Origin: an uncultured Gemmatimonadaceae bacterium
Lineage (GTDB): Bacteria > Gemmatimonadota > Gemmatimonadetes > Gemmatimonadales > GWC2-71-9
NCBI GenBank assembly: GCA_964585655.1
Contig: CAZPER010000011.1
Coordinates: 1,174-65,173 of the forward strand
DNA: 64,000 nt
Reading direction: 5' to 3'
The position numbers and the translations under genes were made by a program. Below the pieces are notes generated by a model. It was not told the DNA's origin. It made no database searches and worked only from the letters and a program-made list of their open reading frames with translations. Positions 35,617 through 44,328 of this stretch are shown piece by piece. Numbering within the stretch: position 1 is the stretch's first letter; the number at the start of each line of letters is the position of its first letter.

Positions 35617-36965
35617 GCGTGCCTCACCTTCGTCAGGGTTGCTTCCAGCGCGACGGTGAACCGCCGCACCAGTTCGTCAATCTCGGCTTCTTCGATCACG
35701 AACGGCGGGGCCAGGCAGGAGAGGTCCCCGTTGATTCCGTCCGCCTGACCCATGTTGGCCCAGGTCATCAGCCCCGCCGCCAGCGCCTGCTCGCTGAAGG
35801 TCTCGGCGAACTTGAGCTTCCGCGGCCACGGCGCCCGGCTGCCCTTGTCCGCCACGAACTCGATCCCCGCGAGGAGCCCCCGGCCGCGGACATCCCCGAC
35901 GTGGGGCAGCTCCCGGAGCGCCGCCAGCTTCCGGTGGAACACCTCGCCCATGCGGCGGCAGCGTTCCACCAGCCCATGCGTCCCCATATAGCGGACCGCG
36001 GCCAGCCCCGCCGCGGCAAGCACCGGGTGGTGGCTGAAGGTCTGCGCGTGCAGCAGCGCCCCCGACCCCTTCGCGATGGGGTCCAGCAGCCGGCGGGAGG
36101 CCGCCACCACGGAGAGGGGGGCATAGCCGCCGGTGATGCCCTTGCCGAAGGTCATGATGTCCGGCATCACCCCGTACTGCTCGATCGCCGACCAGGTGCC
36201 GGTGCGGCCGGCTCCCACCAGCACTTCATCCGCGATGAAGAGCACCTGGTGCCGGTCGCAGATCTCGCGGATGCGCGCGAAGTAGCCCGGCTCCGGCACC
36301 GAGTGCCCGGTGCTGCTCCCCCCGACCGGCTCCGCGATGAACGCGGCGACGTTGTCGGCGCCGAGCTGCAGGATGGCGGCTTCGAGCGCCGACCCGGAGC
36401 AGGTCGGGCAGTCAGCCCGTCCACCGCCACACTCGCAGCGGTACCCGTACGGCGCCGGGATCCGGTGGATGTCCACCAGCCATTCGCGATAATACGTCTT
36501 GTAGTGCTCCCGTGCCGAGGCAGACAGCGCGAGCAGGGTGTTGCCATGGTAGGCGGGGAAGAGCGCGATCACCTTGTGCTTGGACGGCTTGCCGGTCTCC
36601 ACCCAGTACTGCCGCGCCAGCTTGAGCGCGGCTTCCACCGCCTCGGAGCCGCTGCCGAGGAAGTAGAACTTGTCAAGCTCCCCGGGGAGCAGCTCCGCCA
36701 GCGCGTCCGCCAGCGCCTCCACCGGCTCATTGGTGAACGCGGTTCCATTCAGGTAGGCGACCTTCGCGGCCTGCGCGGCCATCGCCTGGCCGATCTCCTG
36801 CACTCCGTGGCCCAGATTCGCCACGAAGGCGCCACCGGAGCCATCGAGATATCGCTTGCCGTCTGCGTCCACCAGCCAGCACCCCTCGCCGTGGGTGATG
36901 AGCGGAAATCGGCGGGTGAGCTTCCGGTAGAAGACGTGGGAGTCGGGGTACTGGTAGGTCGCCAT
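35613..36965 (-). CDS. class-III PLP-dependent (omega-) aminotransferase
   Basis: GSGSEAVEAALKLAR, DEVLVGAGRTGTWSA, TFGKGITGG (PLP Lys). Its stop overlaps the ALDH start. Confidence 0.9.
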   Translation of the reverse strand: MATYQYPDSHVFYRKLTRRFPLITHGEGCWLVDADGKRYLDGSGGAFVANLGHGVQEIGQAMAAQAAKVAYLNGTAFTNEPVEALADALAELLPGELDKFYFLGSGSEAVEAALKLARQYWVETGKPSKHKVIALFPAYHGNTLLALSASAREHYKTYYREWLVDIHRIPAPYGYRCECGGGRADCPTCSGSALEAAILQLGADNVAAFIAEPVGGSSTGHSVPEPGYFARIREICDRHQVLFIADEVLVGAGRTGTWSAIEQYGVMPDIMTFGKGITGGYAPLSVVAASRRLLDPIAKGSGALLHAQTFSHHPVLAAAGLAAVRYMGTHGLVERCRRMGEVFHRKLAALRELPHVGDVRGRGLLAGIEFVADKGSRAPWPRKLKFAETFSEQALAAGLMTWANMGQADGINGDLSCLAPPFVIEEAEIDELVRRFTVALEATLTKVRHA

Positions 36966-36984
36966 AGGAGGGGGAAATCTACAG

Positions 36985-37082
36985 GAGAAACGGGGAAACG
37001 GGGAAACGGGGGAACGGGGAAGGGGCGCCCTGCCCTCCCGTTCGCCGTTCCCTGTTCTCCGTTCTCCGTTCTCCGTTCTCCG
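36985..37082. repeat. heptamer tandem-repeat palindromic element (terminator candidate for the csaA-like operon)
   Basis: Left arm GAGAAACGGGGAAACGGGGAAACGGGGGAACGGGGAAGGGG. Right arm CCCTCCCGTTCGCCGTTCCCTGTTCTCCGTTCTCCGTTCTCCGTTCTCCG. Confidence 0.85.
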
Positions 37083-37086
37083 TAGT

Positions 37087-37428
37087 TCAGATCAGCCTGG
37101 CCCCATTCGGCACCGGCCGCTCCGGCAGGGCCAGGACGATGGCGCCGGTCTCGTCCGCGAAGCCGGTGACCAGCACCTCCGAGCGGAAGGGCCCGATCTG
37201 CTTGGGCGGGAAGTTGAGCACGCCGAGGACCTGCCGCCCCAGCAGGTCCTCCTTCCGGTAGTGCACCGTGATCTGGGCGCTGGAGCGCCGGACGCCGATC
37301 TCCGGGCCGAAGTCCACCGTGAGCTTCCAGGCCGGCTTCCGCGCCTCGGGGAAGTCCTCCACCCCGATGACCGTCCCCACCCGGAGCTCGACCCGCTCGA
37401 ATTCGGCCCAGCTGATCGGAGCGGTCAC
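37087..37428 (-). CDS. CsaA-like tRNA-binding (OB-fold) domain protein
   Basis: GTG 37428 overlaps the upstream TGA. ...[32 protein letters not shown]...[16 protein letters not shown] is typical of CsaA/Trbp111. Confidence 0.8.
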   Translation of the reverse strand: MTAPISWAEFERVELRVGTVIGVEDFPEARKPAWKLTVDFGPEIGVRRSSAQITVHYRKEDLLGRQVLGVLNFPPKQIGPFRSEVLVTGFADETGAIVLALPERPVPNGARLI

Positions 37429-37898
37429 AGCTCGGGGCAGCCTTCGCGGCGGCGGGTGTCCGCCAGCGAGATGATTTTCCAGTCCGCGCCGTCCTTCGCG
37501 ATGAGAAACGCGTCCACCCCGCAGTGGCTCAGCTTGGTCCCCAGGTAGAAGGTGTAGTCCATCCAGACCGTGGCGAGGGTGCCGTCCTGGTGGACCACCT
37601 CGTTGGCCACCCGCTCGTCCCACACCTCCGCGTGCGGCGTCCCCACCGCCTTCACGAAGCCGTCCACCCCGCCATCCACGTTGATCGTGGGCGTGCCCTG
37701 CCGCACAAACGCCGAGGCCATGAACACTTTCGGATGGAAGACCGAGCGGACCATGGCGCTGTCACCGGCGCGCATGCCGTCGAAGAGCCGCTTGGTTACC
37801 GCCAGGATGGCGTCACGGTCGGGGGCCTGCTGCGCGGCCAGCGGGGCGGCAACGGCGAGGGACGCCACCAGGAGGGCCGCACGTCGAAGCGTCATCAT
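37425..37898 (-). CDS. secreted NTF2-like (DUF4440/SnoaL-like) protein
   Basis: Signal peptide [23 protein letters not shown]. The [17 protein letters not shown]...W.II pattern is typical of the fold. Confidence 0.6.
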   Translation of the reverse strand: MMTLRRAALLVASLAVAAPLAAQQAPDRDAILAVTKRLFDGMRAGDSAMVRSVFHPKVFMASAFVRQGTPTINVDGGVDGFVKAVGTPHAEVWDERVANEVVHQDGTLATVWMDYTFYLGTKLSHCGVDAFLIAKDGADWKIISLADTRRREGCPEL

Positions 37899-37941
37899 GC
37901 TCAGGATTCCAGGGTTGAGGGTGCGGGATGTACGGGAGCGG

Positions 37942-38631
37942 TCAGGTCCGGGTTTCCGGCGTGGTCAGTCCCCGGATCACCGCTTCGAGCTCGGCGACGT
38001 CGAGGCCGGCGCCATTCGGCAGGCGCGGACCGAGATGAATCTCCCGGACGCCGGTCAGCTGCACCAGGCGGGCGGCATGATCGGCGCGGACCCCGCCGCC
38101 GGCGAGGATCGTCACTGTGACCCCGAATCGCTGGACCAGCCGGCGCAGCGTGTCGGCGCCCGCCAGCGCGGTCGGCGCCCCGCCCGAGGTGAGGACCCGC
38201 CCGATCCCCAGCTCCGCCAGCGTGGCCACCGCGGCCCCGAGGTCCGGGACCTGGTCGATGGCGCGGTGAAAGCTGACCGCGAGAGGCCGCGCCCGCGCCA
38301 CGAGCCGGGCCACCAGGTCCCGATCCACCCCGCCCTCCGCACTCAGCGCGCCGAGGACCACGCCATCGGCCCCCGCCAGCCTCAGGTCATGGAGGTCGGT
38401 GAGCATGGCGTCCACGTCCCCGTCGTCATAGTGGAAATCGCCGGGGCGGGGACGGAGCAGCACCTGCAGCGGCAGGTCAACCCTCCGGCGCACCGCGCGC
38501 ACCAGCCCCGCGCTCGGCGTGACGCCACCCTCCGCCAGCCCGGCGCAGAGTTCCAGGCGGCCGGCGCCCGCGCGCCCGGCCGCCACGGCGCCCGCGACGC
38601 TCTCCACCGCCGCTTCGACCAGCACATGCAT
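37942..38631 (-). CDS. cutC: CutC-family copper homeostasis protein
   Basis: Start preferred at ATG 38631. RLELCAGLAEGGVTPS, VLLRPRPGDFHY, FHRAID and RVLTSGG are CutC motifs. Confidence 0.85.
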   Translation of the reverse strand: MHVLVEAAVESVAGAVAAGRAGAGRLELCAGLAEGGVTPSAGLVRAVRRRVDLPLQVLLRPRPGDFHYDDGDVDAMLTDLHDLRLAGADGVVLGALSAEGGVDRDLVARLVARARPLAVSFHRAIDQVPDLGAAVATLAELGIGRVLTSGGAPTALAGADTLRRLVQRFGVTVTILAGGGVRADHAARLVQLTGVREIHLGPRLPNGAGLDVAELEAVIRGLTTPETRT

Positions 38632-38739
38632 CTGGACCGCCTCGGATAGTGCGCCCCGAAACCCCGGGGTCAACTTGCGGAAGCGCCGGGCCCTGTCAAC
38701 TTACGCGCACGGGGGCGCCGGCGGACCCCGCCCTCCTCT

Positions 38740-38764
38740 CCCCGCCCCGCCCCGCCCCGCCCCA
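38740..38764. repeat. (CCCCG)5 pentamer run immediately upstream of the parvulin-like gene
   Basis: CCCCGCCCCGCCCCGCCCCGCCCC, ending 8 nt before ATG 38773. It is G-rich on the minus strand. Two GTCAACTT(G/A)CG direct repeats lie at about 38669 and 38695. Confidence 0.8.
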
Positions 38765-38772
38765 GCGAGACG

Positions 38773-39816
38773 ATGATGCAGCAGCTGTTCGACCGGTCTC
38801 TCTTCTCCGTGGGCGAGGTGACCTACACCTGGAAGGACGTGATCCTCTTCGCCATGCTGAGCGGCCGGTGGCGGCCGCTGGAGCGGGCCATTCGGGAGGG
38901 GCTCGCCTGCGTCCGCCGCCTCGAGGAGGACGACATCGAGGAACCGGAGGAGGCGGTGGATGCCTGCGCCGCGGAGTTCCGCTATGAACGGGAGCTCATC
39001 ACCGCCGAGGAGACGGAGGCCTGGCTCGAGGAGCGGGGGGTCGAGACCTCGGAGTGGATGGAGTGGGTACGCCGCGAGACACTGCGCACCCTGTGGGCCG
39101 CGGAGCTGCCCGCCCTGGTCCTCCGGTTCCCCGCGGATGCGGCTGAGGTCGCCGAGGCGGCCACCGCGGACCTGCTCTGCTCCGGCAAGGGCGAGGCGTT
39201 TGCCAACGGACTGGCTGAACGGGCGGCCGCGACCGCCGCGCTGGAGGAGGCCGGCGAGGCGCTGGAGGTGGAGCTGCCCGCCGGCGCGGTGGGGCGGGTG
39301 CTGGACCTGCTCCCCGAGCTGGATCCGGACGAGACCGAAGCCACGCTGCTCCACCTCGCCGTGCTGGACCAGGGGCTGGCCCGGTTCAGGGAGATGGCCG
39401 CCACCCCGGAGCTCATCCACCGGGAGCTGGAGCTGGGCCGCCTGGAGTGGATCCGGCTGGATTGCCGGGTGATCCAGTTTCCGACCGAGGCGCTGGCCCG
39501 GGAGGCGGTGTTGTGCGTACGGGAGGACGGGATGGGGGTGGACGAGGTCGCCGAGAGCGCCCACGCCCAGGTCCACGAGATGCGTTTCTACCTCGGGGAG
39601 CTCGACCCCGACCTGCAGCCCCGGCTGCTCGCGGCCCTGCCCCAGGAGCTGATCGGGCCGGCCCCCTTCGAAGAGCAGTACGCCCTGTTCCTGGTCCTCG
39701 ACAAGGTGCTGCCGGACGAGCGGGCCCCCGACCTCCGCCGGGAGATCGAGCGCCGCGCGGTGGACCGGGCCGTGGCCGACCAGGTCTCCCGCCGGGTCCA
39801 GTGGCGGGCGGGCTGA
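38773..39816 (+). CDS. acidic cytoplasmic protein with a degenerate parvulin (PpiC)-like C-terminal domain; putative peptide-maturation/chaperone component
   Basis: 347 aa, no signal peptide, rich in E, A and L. The C-terminal segment VIQFPTEALAREAVLCVREDGMGVDEVAESA...YLGELDPDLQPRLLAALPQELIGPAPFEEQYALFLVLDKV follows the parvulin pattern (HIL..eA..i..G..F.elA...dLG.f....p.f..a.f.l..Ge.s.Pv.t.fGyhli). The catalytic-type His residues are not evident. Confidence 0.6.
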   Translation: MMQQLFDRSLFSVGEVTYTWKDVILFAMLSGRWRPLERAIREGLACVRRLEEDDIEEPEEAVDACAAEFRYERELITAEETEAWLEERGVETSEWMEWVRRETLRTLWAAELPALVLRFPADAAEVAEAATADLLCSGKGEAFANGLAERAAATAALEEAGEALEVELPAGAVGRVLDLLPELDPDETEATLLHLAVLDQGLARFREMAATPELIHRELELGRLEWIRLDCRVIQFPTEALAREAVLCVREDGMGVDEVAESAHAQVHEMRFYLGELDPDLQPRLLAALPQELIGPAPFEEQYALFLVLDKVLPDERAPDLRREIERRAVDRAVADQVSRRVQWRAG

Positions 39817-39969
39817 CCCTCCCGGCCGGCCGGATCGGCTTGCGGAGCGGTCAATTGGCGGCATACTACCCAAGACCCCGACCCCCCAGCCCAGAACCAC
39901 CCAGGCCAGACGGTCCCCTGGGCCGCGACGCTGTTACGCGACCCGGGCGCGGCGCACGCCGGAGCGTTC

Positions 39970-42900
39970 GTGGAGAGCAGCGAGCTCGAGAGCATCCTGC
40001 AGCAGGTGAGCATCCTCCAGTTCCTCCCGCCGGACGTGCGGGACCTGGTCGAGGCCAGCTTCGTGTCGGCCAGCTACAGCTTCGGCCAGGAGATCATCCG
40101 CGAGGGTGAGCCGGCCGACGCGCTGTACGTGCTGGTCGCCGGCCGCGCGCGGGTGCTCAAGCGCTCCGAAACCGGCGATGAAATCTCCCTCGGGACCATC
40201 CGGGTCGGCGAGACCTTCGGCGAGGGGGACCTGCTGGGCTCCGGCACCCGGGCCACCACGGTGCGGGCGAGCTCCGACGTGGAAGTGCTCCGCCTCGACC
40301 AGTCGGTCGTGGATGCGCTGATCCGGAAGCGGCCCGAGATCCGGCAGTACCTCGAACTCCAGTCCCGCCACCGCCACCTCCAGGGCTTCTTCCGGCAGTT
40401 CGCGGTCTTCGCCACGCTCCCTCCCGAGGCGACCGCGGCCCTGCTCCGGGCGCTGGAGCCGGTGGAGGTGCCGGCCGGCACCGAGATCGTCCGTGACGGG
40501 GACCCGCCCGGCCCCATGTACATCATCGAGGACGGGCGCTGCCGGGTCCACATCGGGGTGGACGGCCGCCGGCGCAACGTGGCCTTCCTCCGGCGGGGGG
40601 AGTTCTTCGGCGAGTTCTCGGTGTTCCGCGACATGCCCCGGACCGCGACGGTGGAGTCGGTCACCCCCTGCCGCCTGCTCCGGCTGACGCAGGAGACCTA
40701 CCGGGGACTGCTCGACGAGTACCCCGATTTCCGCGACGCGATCGAGGCGCGGATCGCGCAGTACGACTTCCGGCACACGGCGCAAATCCCCATCGACCTC
40801 TTCCAGGAGCTGCTCCCCGCCGACGCCGCGCCCCGGAACACCGTCGGCCACGACCAGATCGACGAGGACGTGAGCGGGCCGGCGCGGGGGCGGGCGGAGG
40901 CGGAGGAGGCGCCCTTCGCCGACGAGGAGGGACGGTTCGTCAAGCACCGGAAGCGGATCCGGCGCTTCCCGCACCTGTGGCAGATCGACGAGATGGACTG
41001 CGGCGCCACCAGCCTGGCCATCATCTGCCGCCACTTCGGGAAGGCGATCAGCCTGGCCCGCATCCGGCAGCTGGTCCACACCGGCCTCGATGGCGCCAGC
41101 CTGCGCGCCATCTGCCAGGGCGCCACCGAGCTCGGGCTGGCCGCGCGGGCCGTGAAGGCCTCGGCCACCAACGTCCACCAGATGCCGCTGCCGGCCATCG
41201 TGCACTGGGAGGGCAACCACTGGGTGGTGCTGTACGACGTGGGGAAGGACCACGTGCGGGTCTCGGACCCCGGGGTGGGGAAGCGGCGGATCCCGCGGGC
41301 GGAGTTCGACGCGAAGTGGACCGGGTACGCCGCACTGTTCGACTACACCATCGAATTCGAGAAGAACGAGGAGAGCCGGCTGGGCATCGCCTGGCTGCTG
41401 CCGTTCTTCAAGCCGTTCGTGGGGCTGATCGCGCGCTGCACCGCGCTGGCGCTCATCGTGAGCGCGCTGCAGATGGTGATCCCGGTGTTCACCCAGGTGA
41501 TCGTGGACCGGGTGCTGGTGGAGGGCGACCTCCAGCTGCTCAACATCCTGATCATCGGGATGGGGCTGGTGATCCTGATGTCGCTGGTCGCCTCCCTCGT
41601 GGAGCGCTACCTGCTGGCGTGGATGGCGGTGCGGATCGACTCGGGCACCCTCGACTTCCTCACCCGGCGGCTGCTCAGCCTGCCGATGTCCTACTTCAAC
41701 AGCCGCCGCACCGGCGACATCCAGCGGCGGCTGGCGGGCATCTGGCAGGTGCGCGAGTTCCTGGTGGAGCATGGCAGCGCCGGGCTCACCGCCGCCGCCC
41801 AGCTGCTCTCGGCCCTGGCGCTGATGCTGGTGTACAGCCCCACGCTCACGCTGGTCTTCCTGGCCACCGTGCCGGTGTTCGTAGTCGTCCTCAAGGTGAG
41901 CGCCAACTGGCTCTATCCGCTCTACGCCGAGCTGGAGGAGACCTACGGCAAGTACCAGTCGTTCCAGATCGACGCCATCAAGGGGATCGAGACGGTCAAG
42001 TCGCTGGGGGCGGAGTTCTCCTTCCGCGACCTCATGCTGCGGCAGTTCAACAGCGTGGCGCGCAGCCGGTTCAAGGCCGACTACACCCTGATGACCTACA
42101 ACGGGGTGGTGCACAGCATCACCCTGGTCTCGATGGTGCTGTTCCTGCTGGTGGGCGCCCGGGAGGTGCTGGCGGGCCACATGTCGATCGGCGCGCTGGT
42201 GGCCTTCAACGCCCTGGTGGCGCTGGCCAACGCCCCGATCCTGACGCTCATGTACCTGTGGGACGACATGCAGCAGGCGGCGGTGTACCTGAACCGGCTG
42301 GACGACATCTTCCAGCAGGTGCCGGAGCAGGGGCACGACCGCTCCCGGCTGCTGCCGGTCCGCTCGCTCGAGGGCCGGCTCGGGGTACGCCACATGAGCT
42401 TCCGGTATGGCGGGCCGGAGTCGCCGGCGATCCTCGACGACCTCAGCTTCGAGGTGCCGCCCAACACGATGGTCGCCATCGTGGGCCGGAGCGGCTCGGG
42501 GAAGACCACGCTGATCAAGATCCTGGCCGGGCTGCTGGAGCCGACCGAGGGCACCATCCTGTACGACGGGATCGACCTCAAGACGCTCAACTACCGCGAG
42601 CTGCGCCGCAAGATCGGCTTCGTGCTGCAGGAGAACCACCTCTTCGACGATACCGTGGCCCGCAACATCGGCTTCGGCGAGGAGGAGCCGGACATGGACA
42701 AGGTGATGTGGGCGGCCCAGGTCGCCAACGCGCGCGAGTTCATCGAGCGGCTGCCGCTGGGCTACGACACCCGCATCGGGGAATCGGGGCTGGGCCTCTC
42801 CGGCGGCCAGCGGCAGCGGGTGGCGATCGCGCGGGCGATCTACAACCGGCCCCCGATCCTGATCTTCGACGAGGCCACCAGCGCGCTCGACACCGAGAGC

Positions 42901-43104
42901 GAGCGGGCGGTGAAGGAGAACATCGACCAGCTACTCGAGGGGCGGACCTCGTTCGTGATCGCCCACCGGCTCTCCACCGTCCGCGACGCCGATCTCATCC
43001 TGGTGCTGGAGAAGGGCAAGCTGGTCGAGCAGGGCACGCACGACGACCTGATGCGCCGCCAGGGGCTGTACTACTTCCTGGTCAGCCAGCAGCTGCAGCT
43101 CTAG
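39970..43104 (+). CDS. peptidase-containing ABC transporter (PCAT): two cNMP-binding domains + C39 double-glycine peptidase + ABC TMD + NBD
   Basis: GTG start, 1044 aa. cNMP phosphate-binding cassettes FGEGDLLGSGTRATTVRA and FFGEFSVFRDMPRTATVES. C39 domain QIDEMDCGATSLAIICRHFG ... GNHWVVLYD ... VSDPG (Cys/His/Asp). Six-helix TMD. Walker A GRSGSGKTT, signature LSGGQRQR, Walker B ILIFDEATSALD. Confidence 0.92.
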   Translation: MESSELESILQQVSILQFLPPDVRDLVEASFVSASYSFGQEIIREGEPADALYVLVAGRARVLKRSETGDEISLGTIRVGETFGEGDLLGSGTRATTVRASSDVEVLRLDQSVVDALIRKRPEIRQYLELQSRHRHLQGFFRQFAVFATLPPEATAALLRALEPVEVPAGTEIVRDGDPPGPMYIIEDGRCRVHIGVDGRRRNVAFLRRGEFFGEFSVFRDMPRTATVESVTPCRLLRLTQETYRGLLDEYPDFRDAIEARIAQYDFRHTAQIPIDLFQELLPADAAPRNTVGHDQIDEDVSGPARGRAEAEEAPFADEEGRFVKHRKRIRRFPHLWQIDEMDCGATSLAIICRHFGKAISLARIRQLVHTGLDGASLRAICQGATELGLAARAVKASATNVHQMPLPAIVHWEGNHWVVLYDVGKDHVRVSDPGVGKRRIPRAEFDAKWTGYAALFDYTIEFEKNEESRLGIAWLLPFFKPFVGLIARCTALALIVSALQMVIPVFTQVIVDRVLVEGDLQLLNILIIGMGLVILMSLVASLVERYLLAWMAVRIDSGTLDFLTRRLLSLPMSYFNSRRTGDIQRRLAGIWQVREFLVEHGSAGLTAAAQLLSALALMLVYSPTLTLVFLATVPVFVVVLKVSANWLYPLYAELEETYGKYQSFQIDAIKGIETVKSLGAEFSFRDLMLRQFNSVARSRFKADYTLMTYNGVVHSITLVSMVLFLLVGAREVLAGHMSIGALVAFNALVALANAPILTLMYLWDDMQQAAVYLNRLDDIFQQVPEQGHDRSRLLPVRSLEGRLGVRHMSFRYGGPESPAILDDLSFEVPPNTMVAIVGRSGSGKTTLIKILAGLLEPTEGTILYDGIDLKTLNYRELRRKIGFVLQENHLFDDTVARNIGFGEEEPDMDKVMWAAQVANAREFIERLPLGYDTRIGESGLGLSGGQRQRVAIARAIYNRPPILIFDEATSALDTESERAVKENIDQLLEGRTSFVIAHRLSTVRDADLILVLEKGKLVEQGTHDDLMRRQGLYYFLVSQQLQL

Positions 43105-43110
43105 GGAGCC

Positions 43111-44328
43111 ATGCCCCGCACCGACCTGGACGCCTCCGCCGAGTTCCTCGACACCGAGCCCCCCCACTGGGCGGCGCGGGGCCTGGCCTGGGTCATCATC
43201 AGCCTGGTCCTGATCGGGGTGATCGCCGCCGTCGTGGTGCAGGTGCCGGAGACGGTAAGCGGGCGCTTCACCCTGGCCCCGGCCGACGGGGCCGACCCGG
43301 TCCGGGTGCGCAAGGATGGCATCGTCACCGCGGTCACGGTGCGGGAGGGAGACACGGTGCCGGCCGGCGCCACCCTGGTGATGCTCCGGTCCCCCTCCCT
43401 CAGCGATCGCTCCGGGGAGCGGCGGACGATCGAGACCCAGCGCCGGGCCGACCAGGACCGGCTCCGGATCCTCAGCAGCCAGTATCAGACCCGGAAGCGC
43501 GCCGACGAGGCCGAAGCCCGGCGGCTGCGGGCCCGGATGGAGTCGCTCAAGCGGCTGATCACCTCGAAGGAGCACCGGCTGGCGCTGATGCGGGAACTGG
43601 CCGACAGCGCGAGTTCCGGCTTCCGGAGCGGCGCGGTCAATCGGCTGGAGGTGGCCCGCATGGACCTGGAGGTGTCCACGCTGCAGGAGGAGGTCCAGAA
43701 TGCCGGCAACGACCTCGAGGATGCCGCCGCCGACCTCGCCCGGCTGGGTCGGGATGGCCAGGCGCGGGACCTCGAGTATGAGGACGCGCGCCGGAGCCTG
43801 GAGGAGTCGGTGGAAACGGCGGGCATCCGGATCGAGGCGCTGGGCCGCGACCTCGAGGGGGTGACGGACGCCGGCCTCGCCGTCTCCGCCCCCTGCCGGG
43901 GCACGGTGCTGCGGCTCCATGTGAGCGCCGCCGGGGCCCTGGTCCGCGAGGGGGAGGTCATCAGCGAGATCGCCTGTGCCGGCGCGCGGCTCCAGGCCGA
44001 GTTCGCGGTCCCGCAGAGCGGCCTCCCCCAGATTCGCGCGGGACAGCGGGTGAAGCTCCGCTACGACGCCTTCCCCTACCAGCGCTACGGCATCCGTTTC
44101 GGCCAGGTGCGCTGGGTGGGGCCCTCCAGCCTGGGCGACCGCGACAGCAGCTTCCGGGCGGTGGTGGACCTGGCCGAGGATTCGATCCGGGTGCGGGGCC
44201 AGGAGCGGGCGCTGCAGGCGGGGATGCAGGGACAGGCGGACGTGGTGGTGGGGCGGCGGTCGCTGGTGAGCTATGCCATCGAGCCGATCCGGGCGCTGCG
44301 GGAGAACTTCCGGGACCCGTCGCCGTGA
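43111..44328 (+). CDS. HlyD-family membrane-fusion / secretion adaptor protein
   Basis: N-terminal TM helix GLAWVIISLVLIGVIAAVVV, lipoyl-like beta segments, a long coiled-coil (RRLRARMESLKRLI...LQEEVQNAGNDLEDA), and a C-terminal beta-barrel ending GRRSLVSYAIEPI. Confidence 0.88.
   Translation: MPRTDLDASAEFLDTEPPHWAARGLAWVIISLVLIGVIAAVVVQVPETVSGRFTLAPADGADPVRVRKDGIVTAVTVREGDTVPAGATLVMLRSPSLSDRSGERRTIETQRRADQDRLRILSSQYQTRKRADEAEARRLRARMESLKRLITSKEHRLALMRELADSASSGFRSGAVNRLEVARMDLEVSTLQEEVQNAGNDLEDAAADLARLGRDGQARDLEYEDARRSLEESVETAGIRIEALGRDLEGVTDAGLAVSAPCRGTVLRLHVSAAGALVREGEVISEIACAGARLQAEFAVPQSGLPQIRAGQRVKLRYDAFPYQRYGIRFGQVRWVGPSSLGDRDSSFRAVVDLAEDSIRVRGQERALQAGMQGQADVVVGRRSLVSYAIEPIRALRENFRDPSP

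Noticed and set aside
39856-39870. TGGCGGCATACTACC upstream of the ABC exporter as a second sigma54 promoter
   Set aside because: The -24 GG is present, but the -12 region reads TACC instead of TTGC, so the conserved GC is lost. The match is too weak to call.
39934-43781. 901-aa minus-strand ORF (39934..42639) and 934-aa alternative-frame plus-strand ORF (40977..43781) overlapping the ABC exporter and hlyD
   Set aside because: Both are low-complexity R/G/P/A-rich translations. The annotated frame carries complete cNMP, C39, TMD, Walker A/B and HlyD signatures.
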